From Pseudomonadota bacterium (GTDB lineage: Bacteria; Myxococcota_A; Polyangia; Polyangiales; Polyangiaceae), in contig JAEYWK010000186.1 of the NCBI GenBank assembly GCA_023431345.1, forward strand, positions 38,946-102,945: a stretch of 64,000 nt of DNA, given 5' to 3'. Below the pieces are notes generated by a model. It was given only the letters and a program-made list of their open reading frames with translations. It did not search any database and had not been told where the DNA came from. The translations under genes and the position numbers were made by a program. Shown piece by piece: positions 52,768-63,100 of the stretch (positions are counted from its first letter, which is position 1; every line of letters starts with the position of its first letter).

Positions 52768-55674
52768 ATGCCGAAGCATGCCCCGCCGCCCGAGCCCGAC
52801 GCGATCGTCATCCGAGGAGCCCGCGAGCACAACCTCAAGAACGTCACGCTCAGCATCCCGAAGCACAGCCTCGTGGTGCTGACGGGCGTGTCGGGCAGCG
52901 GCAAGTCGTCGCTCGCCTTCGACACGCTCTACGCGGAGGGGCAGCGCCGCTATGTCGAGAGCTTGTCGAGCTACGCGCGGCAGTTCCTCGGCCAGATGGA
53001 GAAGCCGAAATACGACACGATCCGCGGCCTCTCCCCCACGATTTCCATCGAGCAGAAGACAGCCTCGAGCAACCCGCGCTCGACCGTCGGCACCGTCACC
53101 GAGGTGCACGACTACCTGCGCGTGCTGTACGCGAGCATCGGCGTGCAGCACTGCCCCCAATGCGGGGTGAAGGCGTCGGGGCAGTCCGCGGAGGCCATCG
53201 TGCGCTCGCTGATGGCCCTGCCCAAAGGCGAGACGGTCACGATTTTGGCGCCGCTCATGCGCCAGCGTAAGGGCGAGCACAAAGACGTGCTCGAGAAGGC
53301 TCAAGCCAAGGGCTTCTCGCGGCTGCGCATCGACGGGCGCGTCGTGCGGCTCGGGCAGGAGCAGGTCACGCTCGACAAGAAGTCGAAGCACGACATCGAT
53401 ATCGTCGTCGACCGCATCAAAATCGAGCCCGACGCGCGCGCCCGCGTCACCGACTCGGTGGAGACGGCCCTCCGCGAAGGCGAAGGCAAGCTCGTCGCGC
53501 TCAGCGCGAAGGGCGAAGAGACGGCGTACAGCGAGAAGAGCGCGTGCCCGAAATGCGGCATGTCGTTCCAAGAGCTCTCGCCGCTGTCGTTTTCGTTCAA
53601 CTCGCCGATCGGCTTTTGCGCCGACTGTAACGGCCTCGGTTCGCGCCCGGAGATGGACCCCGAGCTGGTGGTGCCGAACCCCGAGCTAGCCATCAAAGAC
53701 GGCGCGATTCAGCCGTGGGCGGCGGCGGTGTCGCGCGGTGAAGGCTGGACCGCGTCCGAGGTCGACTGGGTGATGCGCCTGCTCAAGATCAAGCTCAGCA
53801 CGCCTTGGAACAAGCTCACCGCGGCGCAGCAGAAGGGCGTCTTGTGGGGCGCGAGCATCAAGGGGAACGTGTGGGAAGGGCTCTGCAATCAGCTCATGCG
53901 CCGCATGCGCCAAACGGCCAGCGAAGACATGAAGCAGTGGTACATGCGCTACTTCTCGAGCAAGCCTTGCCATACCTGCGCGGGCGCGCGCTTGAAGGCC
54001 GAGAGCCGCGCCGTGAAGATCGCGGGCATGAGCCTGACCGAGCTGTCCCAGAAGCGCATCGAAGAGGCGTCGGATTGGGTCGACAGCGTCGAGCTCACCG
54101 GCGCCGATCGCGAGATCGCGGTGGAGCTCCGTAAGGAGATCCGCGCTCGGCTCGGCTTCTTGGTCAACGTGGGGCTCGGCTACCTGACGCTCGATCGCGC
54201 GGCTTCGACGCTCAGCGGCGGCGAGAGCCAGCGTATCCGCCTCGCGTCGCAGATTGGCTCCGAGCTCACGGGCGTGATCTACATCCTCGACGAGCCCTCC
54301 ATCGGCTTGCACCAACGCGACAACGGGCGCTTGCTGGCGACGCTCGAGGCGCTGCGCGATCTCGGCAACTCCGTGGTCGTTGTCGAGCACGACGAAGAGA
54401 CGATGACCAAGTCCGACTACCTGATCGATTTCGGTCCCGGGGCGGGCGAGCTCGGCGGTCAAATCGTAGCCCAGGGCACGCCCGAGCAGGTCATGAAGGA
54501 TGAAGCGTCGCTCACGGGCGCTTACCTCTCCGGTCGCAAGAAGATCGAGCTGCCAGCCGCTCGCCGCGCCGGCAACGGTCACTTCATCGAGGTCAAAGGC
54601 GCCACCGAGCACAATTTGCGGAACCTCGACGTGAAATTTCCGCTCGGTACGCTGCTGGCCGTCACCGGCGTGAGCGGCGCCGGCAAGTCGACCCTCGTCA
54701 ACAGCATCTTGTTCCCCGCGCTGTCACGCAAGCTGCACGACGCGCGCGCGCCGCTCGGCGCGCACAAGGCGGTGCTCGGTATCGAGCACGTCGACAAGGT
54801 CATCGCCATCGACCAGCGTCCGATCGGCCGCACTCCGCGCTCCAACCCCGCTACCTACACCAAGGTCTTCGACGCGATCCGCGAGCTTTACGCCAGCACA
54901 CCCGAGGCGCGCGCCTACGGCTACGACGCGGGCCGCTTCTCGTTCAACGTGAAGGGCGGCCGCTGCGAAGCCTGCGCGGGTGACGGCTTGCGCCAGGTGG
55001 AGATGCACTTCTTGCCCGACGTTTACGTGACGTGCGAGGAGTGCGCTGGCCGGCGCTTCAACGACGCCACGCTGCGCGTCACCTACAAGGGCAAGAGCAT
55101 CGCGGATACGTTGGAAATGAGCGTGCGCGAGGGCTTGGAGGTGTTCTCGGTGCACACCCAGATCATGCGCGGCCTGCAGACGCTCGCCGACGTCGGGCTC
55201 GGCTACGTGAAGATCGGTCAGCCGTCACCCACGCTCTCGGGCGGCGAGGCGCAGCGCATCAAGCTCGCGCGCGAGCTCTCGCGCGTCGGCACCGGCCGCA
55301 CCATCTACATCCTCGACGAGCCGACGACCGGCTTGCATTTCGCCGACGTGGAGAAGCTGCTGCTGGTGCTGTCGCGCCTGGTCGACGCCGGCAATACGGT
55401 GGTGGTCATCGAGCACAACCTCGACGTGATAGCGCACGCAGATTGGGTGATCGACCTCGGCCCGGAGGGCGGCGCCGGCGGTGGACAGCTGATCGCGGAG
55501 GGTACGCCGGAGCAGCTGGCGCGCGTGACCGCGAGCCACACCGGGCGTTACCTCGAGGAGAAGCTGCAGCAGCTGGGCGGCGGGCTCGCGCAGCCAGCGC
55601 GGTCCACCACCAAGCCGGCGGGGCGAGCCAAGCCCAAGGCACGGGGCGGCGCGCGCGTCGCGGAGGCGAGCTGA
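52768..55674 (+). CDS. uvrA: Excinuclease ABC subunit A
   Basis: Start MPKHAPPPEPDAIVIRGAREHNLKNV. Two ABC modules (GVSGSGKSSLAFDTLYAEGQRRY; second GVSGAGKSTLV). Zn-finger cysteines (CPQCG, CPKCG, CEAC...CEEC). LSGGESQRIRLA / LSGGEAQRIKLA signatures. The upstream 39 codons of the tabulated ORF are excluded. Confidence 0.95.
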   Translation: MPKHAPPPEPDAIVIRGAREHNLKNVTLSIPKHSLVVLTGVSGSGKSSLAFDTLYAEGQRRYVESLSSYARQFLGQMEKPKYDTIRGLSPTISIEQKTASSNPRSTVGTVTEVHDYLRVLYASIGVQHCPQCGVKASGQSAEAIVRSLMALPKGETVTILAPLMRQRKGEHKDVLEKAQAKGFSRLRIDGRVVRLGQEQVTLDKKSKHDIDIVVDRIKIEPDARARVTDSVETALREGEGKLVALSAKGEETAYSEKSACPKCGMSFQELSPLSFSFNSPIGFCADCNGLGSRPEMDPELVVPNPELAIKDGAIQPWAAAVSRGEGWTASEVDWVMRLLKIKLSTPWNKLTAAQQKGVLWGASIKGNVWEGLCNQLMRRMRQTASEDMKQWYMRYFSSKPCHTCAGARLKAESRAVKIAGMSLTELSQKRIEEASDWVDSVELTGADREIAVELRKEIRARLGFLVNVGLGYLTLDRAASTLSGGESQRIRLASQIGSELTGVIYILDEPSIGLHQRDNGRLLATLEALRDLGNSVVVVEHDEETMTKSDYLIDFGPGAGELGGQIVAQGTPEQVMKDEASLTGAYLSGRKKIELPAARRAGNGHFIEVKGATEHNLRNLDVKFPLGTLLAVTGVSGAGKSTLVNSILFPALSRKLHDARAPLGAHKAVLGIEHVDKVIAIDQRPIGRTPRSNPATYTKVFDAIRELYASTPEARAYGYDAGRFSFNVKGGRCEACAGDGLRQVEMHFLPDVYVTCEECAGRRFNDATLRVTYKGKSIADTLEMSVREGLEVFSVHTQIMRGLQTLADVGLGYVKIGQPSPTLSGGEAQRIKLARELSRVGTGRTIYILDEPTTGLHFADVEKLLLVLSRLVDAGNTVVVIEHNLDVIAHADWVIDLGPEGGAGGGQLIAEGTPEQLARVTASHTGRYLEEKLQQLGGGLAQPARSTTKPAGRAKPKARGGARVAEAS

Positions 55675-55676
55675 GC

Positions 55677-56060
55677 ATGGGCGCTTGGCTCGTCGCGAGC
55701 GGCGTCAGCGGCTTCTTGGCGGTGGCGCTCGGCGCGTTCGGTGCGCACGGCTTGACGGCGCGGCTCGCCGGCGTCGCCGACGGCGAGAAGCGCCTCGCTT
55801 GGTGGAACACGGGCGCGCACTATCACCTGCTGCACGCGCTGGCGCTCGGCCTCGTGGCGCTCGTGATCGCGCGGGCTCCGGCGGCGCGCTTCGGCGGCTA
55901 CGGCTTCTGCCTGGGCACGCTGCTGTTCAGCGGCAGCTTGTACGTGATGGCGCTGGGCGGCCCGCGCTGGCTAGGCGCGGTCACGCCGCTCGGAGGGCTG
56001 TGCTTCTTGGCCGGCTGGGCCGTCGTGGCGTGGTGCGGCGTCGCGCTCGGCCGCGCCTGA
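55677..56060 (+). CDS. DUF423 (YgdD-like) small membrane protein
   Basis: MGAWLVASGVSGFLAVALGAFGAHGL...HYHLLHALALGLVAL matches the DUF423 FGAHG / HxxxH pattern. Four predicted TMs. Starts 3 nt after the uvrA stop. Confidence 0.7.
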   Translation: MGAWLVASGVSGFLAVALGAFGAHGLTARLAGVADGEKRLAWWNTGAHYHLLHALALGLVALVIARAPAARFGGYGFCLGTLLFSGSLYVMALGGPRWLGAVTPLGGLCFLAGWAVVAWCGVALGRA

Positions 56061-56062
56061 CG

Positions 56063-57214
<1,152 letters not shown>

Positions 57215-57361
57215 GCGGCGCGCACCCTAGCAGAAGCCGCCGCGCGCGCGTCACGGTCGCCCGAGGGGGGAGCGCCGGTTCACGGCACGGCCCCGCTGCC
57301 GTCGATCACTTGGGAGGGTGAGCCGACGCGCGGCTGCCAGCGGGGAGGGCCTGGCGCACGC

Positions 57362-58249
57362 TCACCCCCCGAGCGCGGCGCGCAGCCGCTGCTCTTCTTG
57401 GCCTAGCTTGGCGATGGCTTCCAGGGTGCGGTCGGCGATGCGCTGCTCGGTGCGCGCGGTCGGCGGCTCGTCGAGCAAGTCGGTAAAGTCGATGGGCTCG
57501 CCGTAGACGACCAAAATCTTCCGGCCGGTGCCGTCGAAGTTGCTCTCGATCTGACGGGGCAAGTCGTTGATCAGGCCGTGAATGAACACGGGAATGACCG
57601 GCACGCGCGCGCCCTGAATGATGCGCCCGACGCCGCGCTGGGCAGGCAAGAAGGTGTACGGGTCATCGTCCTTCTTGCGCGTCCCCTCGGGGTGAATTCC
57701 GCAGAACATGCCGCCGCGCCGGAGCAGCCACGAGAGCTCGTCGAGCGAGGTCGGGTTCAAGATCAGCTTCTTGCGCTCGCGGAACAGCGGCGGGTACATG
57801 GCGAAGAAGCTCATGACGCCGTTCACGAATAACCCGATCGGGTTATCGTAGAAGAACGTGGAGCGCACCGGGAACACGATGCGATGCTGCAGGCGGCGCC
57901 GCACCAAATCGCCCGTAATCACGTACATGTCGAAGAAGCTGCGGTGATTCGAGACGACGATGTAGCTCTGCGAGCGCTCGAGCTTGGGCAGCCGCTCGAG
58001 GCCGTGAACGTGGCGTAGATTCTTGGTACAATGGTGGATCCACAGCGAGCCGAGGCGGTGCTGCAGCGTACGGATCAGCTCGTCGATGGGGCCTTTGCGG
58101 AAGGTGCCGCGCACGAAGCCGACGATCACCCGCTCCCAAAACGAGAGCCGCTCACGGCCGCTGGAGACCAAATCCGGCCGCGCGCCTGCGGAGGGCTCTG
58201 GCGTGGGGGCGTCGCTCGAGCGGGTGGGTGGGGAGGCGGCCTCAGACAT
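57362..58249 (-). CDS. 1-acyl-sn-glycerol-3-phosphate acyltransferase (PlsC-family)
   Basis: Start MSEAASPPTRSS. The upstream 65 codons of ORF 57362..58444 are Ser/Thr/Pro junk. HXXXXD motif in VVSNHRSFFD. IHPEGTR and VIPVFIHG blocks. Confidence 0.75.
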   Translation of the reverse strand: MSEAASPPTRSSDAPTPEPSAGARPDLVSSGRERLSFWERVIVGFVRGTFRKGPIDELIRTLQHRLGSLWIHHCTKNLRHVHGLERLPKLERSQSYIVVSNHRSFFDMYVITGDLVRRRLQHRIVFPVRSTFFYDNPIGLFVNGVMSFFAMYPPLFRERKKLILNPTSLDELSWLLRRGGMFCGIHPEGTRKKDDDPYTFLPAQRGVGRIIQGARVPVIPVFIHGLINDLPRQIESNFDGTGRKILVVYGEPIDFTDLLDEPPTARTEQRIADRTLEAIAKLGQEEQRLRAALGG

Positions 58250-59030
58250 TGTCGAACACGATGTCGACGTAGCCCGGCGGAGGCAAGTGGGGGCTGACGG
58301 CGTTGAAGACGTGATTGGCGAGGTGGCGGTAGTCGACGTCGCCGCTGCCCTGGGGGGTGAGCTTGATCGTCGGGTGGGGCTCGAGGTCGCGCTCGGGGTT
58401 GTAGGTGCGGAGGAGCTCGTAGCGCGCGAGCTCGGGCAGCTCAACCAGGCAGCGCTCGAGCGCCGCGGTCAGCTCTGCCGGCACCGGCGCGCCCGCTTCA
58501 GCCACGACGGTGCGCACGTCGTCGTCGGGGATCGCCGCCACGTAGCCGACGAGCGGGATGGGGTGACCGGTGACCAGCTGCTTGACCTCGGCCGCCGTGA
58601 GCATCAGCTCCGAATCGGCGCCGGCGTCGATGACCACGCCCTGCACCTGCTCGTCGAGGGTGCCGCTGGCCATCTCCAGCGCCACGCCGCCGGGGATCTG
58701 ACAAAACTCGAGCTCGCCGCCGCCCGTGCGCCAGCCCAGCTGGCCGCCCATGGCGTCGAGGTGAGCGGGGGTCGTGAACAGCGCCGCGAAGCTGGGCCCG
58801 TCGGGCATGGTCAAGAAGTGCGGTTGCAAGCGCAGCTCGCCTTCGACCTTGGTGCGCTCGCCGGCGGTCGCGCCCGCGAGCGGCTCGGCGAGAGGGATCA
58901 ACAGATCTGCTTGCTCGAGGGCGTCGAGCAACGCTTTGACGTCGCTGCGAAAGCCGCGCCGCGCCTGTCGAACCGCCGTCGTCAGGTCCGGGCCACCGCC
59001 CGAACCGCTGTCTTGCCCGAGAACTTGCAT
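58242..59030 (-). CDS. SseB-family protein
   Basis: N-domain DVKALLDALEQADLLIPLAEP...ELRLQPHFLTMPDGPSFAALFTTPAHLD fits the SseB N-terminal domain pattern. 8-nt overlap with the plsC-like start. Confidence 0.55.
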   Translation of the reverse strand: MQVLGQDSGSGGGPDLTTAVRQARRGFRSDVKALLDALEQADLLIPLAEPLAGATAGERTKVEGELRLQPHFLTMPDGPSFAALFTTPAHLDAMGGQLGWRTGGGELEFCQIPGGVALEMASGTLDEQVQGVVIDAGADSELMLTAAEVKQLVTGHPIPLVGYVAAIPDDDVRTVVAEAGAPVPAELTAALERCLVELPELARYELLRTYNPERDLEPHPTIKLTPQGSGDVDYRHLANHVFNAVSPHLPPPGYVDIVFDNV

Positions 59031-59107
59031 GGAAGCGCGGCTCCCGTATCACGACCGCCGCGCCACCGCACGGCCGGGCTCGGCGAGGGCTGATCGGGAC
59101 GGCGTGC

Positions 59108-60103
59108 GTGATAGGCTCCCGGGCCCCGATGGTCACGCGCGTGCTCCGCAGCTTCTACCCCGAGATCCAGCCCTATCGGACGGGCTTTCTGCAGGTCTCC
59201 CCGGTCCACTCGCTCTACTTCGAGGAGTCTGGCAACCCTCAGGGCAAGCCGGTCGTCTTCCTCCACGGCGGCCCGGGTGGTGGTACGAGCCCCAAGCAGC
59301 GCCGCTTCTTCGATCCGGCGCGCTACCGCATCGTGCTGTTCGACCAGCGCGGCTGCGGCAAGAGCCGGCCGCACGCCTCGCTCGAGGACAACACCACCTG
59401 GCACCTCGTCGCCGACATCGAGGCGCTGCGCGTCCACCTGGGTATCGAGCGCTGGCAGGTGTTCGGCGGCTCGTGGGGCAGCTCGCTGGGCCTCGCCTAC
59501 GCCGAGGCCCATCCCGACCGCGTGAGCGAGCTCGTGCTGCGCGGCATCTTCCTGCTCCGGCGCTGGGAGCTCGAGTGGTTTTATCAGCAGGGGACGAGCA
59601 TGTTGTTCCCCGACGCCTTCGAGCCGTTTCACGATCTCATCCCCGAAGCGGAGCGCGGGGATTTGATCGGGGCGTTCCACCGCCGGCTGACGAGTGACAA
59701 TCCGGTCCAGCGCCAGGAGGCCGCTCGCATCTGGAGCGTCTGGGAGGCGAGCACCAGTCACTTGCTGCAAGATCGCGACTACATCCGGAGCGCAGCCGGC
59801 GACGAGTTCAGCTTGGCTTTCGCCCGCATCGAAGCGCACTACTTCGTGAATCACGGCTTCCTGAAGTCGGAGCAGCAGCTGCTCGACGACGTCGCCAAGA
59901 TTCGTCACTTGCCGTGCACCATCGTGCAAGGTCGCTACGACGTGGTGTGCCCGGTCAAGAGCGCGTGGGAGCTCTCGAAGGCGTACCCCGAGGCGGAGCT
60001 ACGCATCGTGCCCGACGCCGGTCACTCCGCGTTCGAGCCCGGCATCGCCCACGAGCTGATCAGCGCGACGGATCGCTTCGCCGCCAGGAAGAGCTCGCAA
60101 TGA
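59108..60103 (+). CDS. pip: Proline iminopeptidase (prolyl aminopeptidase, S33 alpha/beta hydrolase)
   Basis: LYPEIEPY-type N-terminus (RSFYPEIQPYRTGFLQVSPVHSLYFEESGNPQGKPVVFLHGGPGGG). Nucleophile elbow GGSWGSSLG. C-terminal His block (DAGHSAFEP). Start may be M at 59129. Stop overlaps the next ATG (caATGA). Confidence 0.85.
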   Translation: MIGSRAPMVTRVLRSFYPEIQPYRTGFLQVSPVHSLYFEESGNPQGKPVVFLHGGPGGGTSPKQRRFFDPARYRIVLFDQRGCGKSRPHASLEDNTTWHLVADIEALRVHLGIERWQVFGGSWGSSLGLAYAEAHPDRVSELVLRGIFLLRRWELEWFYQQGTSMLFPDAFEPFHDLIPEAERGDLIGAFHRRLTSDNPVQRQEAARIWSVWEASTSHLLQDRDYIRSAAGDEFSLAFARIEAHYFVNHGFLKSEQQLLDDVAKIRHLPCTIVQGRYDVVCPVKSAWELSKAYPEAELRIVPDAGHSAFEPGIAHELISATDRFAARKSSQ

Positions 60104-63100
60104 GCCTCGCGGACGCGTTCTTCACGGTGCGCAAGCTGCTGTCGCCGCGCTCGCGTCGCTCTTGGCTGGGGCGGACTCGCGCGCACATCGAGCTGCGTGA
60201 TTTGTCGGCCTCCGAGCTGTCGACGTTCGCGGAGCGCGTGCGTCCCGCGCTGCTGGCGCTCGTGCGCGTGCACGGCGTCGAGATCAACGCCCCGCTGCGG
60301 CGCGTGATCGTGGCCTTCGACGACGACTCGTACTCGCTGTCCGAGCTGCTCGTGGTGGTGGAGCAGGCGGAGCGCGCGGCGGGGGTCGACAACGCCGCGT
60401 TCCGCGACGAGGAGTGGGAGCACCCCGCCGATATCGAGAGCGTCGAGCGGCTGATGGTCGGCTTGTGCGCGGACGCGCTCGGTACGATGACGGGCCTCGG
60501 CCTCAAGTTCTCGCCGCTGCCGGCCTCGCGCATCGCGGGCACGCTCGGCAGCTTGTTCTCGATCGCGCAGACCACCGAGCGCTTGCGCAAGCCGCTCGAC
60601 GACCGCTTCGGGCCGCAGCGCGCCAACCTGCTACTCGACGTGGCGGCGGCGGCCGCTCACGGCGCCGCGCAGCGCCCCGGCAGCGCGTTCGTCGAGCTCG
60701 CGCACAAGTTCTCGCGGCTGGGCGAGGCTCAGGCGCGGCGCCGCGTCTGGGAGCAGCGCGAGCAAGAGCTGTTCTCGGTGCCGGCCGACGTCGGCGAGCT
60801 GTTGGGCAGCGAGCCCAGGCCACGCGCGCTGCCGCGCGGCCCGATCGAGGAGTACGCGGATCGGGCGTGGATCGTGTCCCTCGGCGGCTTCGCGGTGAGC
60901 TTCTTGACCACGCGCAGCGTGCAGCGCGCCGTCGCGGCGCTGTTCGCCGGTCTGCCTCAGCCGGCGCGCCTCGGCCGCGAGACTTTCTGCGCGGAGCTGT
61001 CGCGCGCGCTCGCTGCCCGCCAAGCGCTCGTCGTCGACGTGGAGGCTCTGCGTCGGCTCGATCGCATCGATTGCTTGGTGCTCGAGAGCGGACTGGTGGC
61101 GCGAGATCGCTACGAGGTTCGCGAGCTGATCGTCGTCAGCCACGTGGACGAGGCCGAGATTCGGCGGGCGCTCACGGCCGCGCTCGACGTGGAGCGGCCG
61201 ATCGAGAAGCGACGAGTCGGTGACTACACCTTCGGTGCGCTGGGGGTGCTCGGCTGCGAAGTGCCGGACGAGCTCAGCCCCAGCGCGGCCGATTTGGGCC
61301 GTCGCGGCGGCCTCGTGGTGGGCTTGATGCAAGACGACGCGCTCGTCGCCCTCGCCGAGGTAGAGCTGATCCCTCAGACCGGCATCGATGAGCTGATCAC
61401 GGCCGCGCACGAGGCGGAGATGCGCGTGGTGGTGGCGGGCAGCGACGAGCAAGTGCTGTCGGGGCTGCCTGCCGACGACACCATCGGCGGCGGTGAGGAT
61501 TTGGCGCGAGGCATCCGCCGTCTGCAGCGCGAGGGCCGCGCCGTGTGTTTGGTGGCGACGAGCCGTTCGCCGCGCGTGGACTCGGCCGACCTCACCATCG
61601 GCTTGATGCGTGAGGGCGAGCCTCCTCCGTGGGGCGCGCACGTGATCTGCCGGGACGACCTGTCGGACGTGCGCTTCTTGATTCACGCCGCCGTGTCGGC
61701 GCGACAGGTCGCCAAGCAGGGCGTGAACATCGCCCTCGGCGCGGCGACCCTCGGCGCCTTGGTCTCCGCGGGCGGCGTGTTGCCGCTCACCGCCCGCCGC
61801 GTGATCGCGGTCGTGAACGCGGCTTCGCTGATCTCGATGGCCAACGGCGTGCGCGGCTCTTTCGCGCTCGCGCGCCGCGCGCTGCCCGCGCCGCGTGACC
61901 GCACGCCGTGGCACGCGCTCGACGCGCGCAGCGTGCTGGTCAAGCTGCGCTCCTCGGAGCAGGGGCTCTTGCGGCGTGAAGCGCAGCGCCGCAAGCGCCC
62001 GAGTCACCACGCATCTCGCTCGCGCGTGGGCGAGCTGGTGGAAGCCGTCACCGACGAGCTGTTCAATCCGCTGGCCCCGCTGCTGGCGGCGGGGGCCGGC
62101 TTGTCGGCGGCCGTCGGCTCCTTCGGCGACGCGGGCATGGTCGGCGGCGTGGTCGCGCTCAACGCGCTGATCGGCGGCGCGCAGCGCTTCCGCACCGAGC
62201 GTCGCTTGCGCGAGCTGTCGCGCGGTGAGCGGCGCTACGCGCGTGTGCGGCGCGGCGCAGCCCTGCTCGACATGCCCGAGCAAGAGCTGGTGCGCGGTGA
62301 CATCATCGTGCTCGAGGCGGGCGACGTCGTCCCCGCCGATTGTCGCATCTTGTCGGCGGAGGCCCTCGAGGTGGACGCCTCGAGCATGACGGGCGAGTCG
62401 CTGCCGGTGCGCAAGTCGCCCGCGCCCTCGTTCGAGCTGCACGTCGCCGATCACAGCTCCATGCTCTACGACGGCACCGCCATCGCGGCGGGCCGCGCGG
62501 TGGCGGTGGTGGTGGCGACGGGCGAAGAGACGGAAGCGCGCCGGGGCGCCAGCGCCGTGAAGCGCGACCCCAGCCGCGGCGGCGTCGAGCGCCGCCTGCG
62601 CTCGCTGATTCACATGACGGGGCCGGTGGCGCTCGGCGCCGGCGTCAGCCTGATCGGCGCGGGCCTGATCCGTGGCCGTAAGCTCGAAGATTTGGTGGGC
62701 AGCGGCGTGAGCCTGGCCGTCGCGTCGGTGCCGGAGGGCCTGCCGCTGATCGCGACGGCGGCGCAGCTGGCGGCGGCCTCGCGCTTGTCCAAGCGAGGCG
62801 CGCTCGTGCGCAACGTGCGCAGCATCGAGGCGCTCGGCCGCGTGGACGCGCTGTGTCTCGACAAGACCGGTACGCTCACCGAGGGCCGCATCGAGCTCGG
62901 CTCGCTCTCGGAGGCGACCGCCGACGCGCCTGCTCGATACGGCGAGCACGAACGCTCGCTGCTCTCCGCTGCGCTGCGCGCTGCCCCCGAGCTCCGCGTC
63001 GGCAGCACCAAGACCGATCCGACCGACGGCGCGCTGTACCGCGCCGCGGAGACGCTCGGCGTCCGCGTGTTCGACGGTGAGAGCGGCTGGGTGCGCCTGC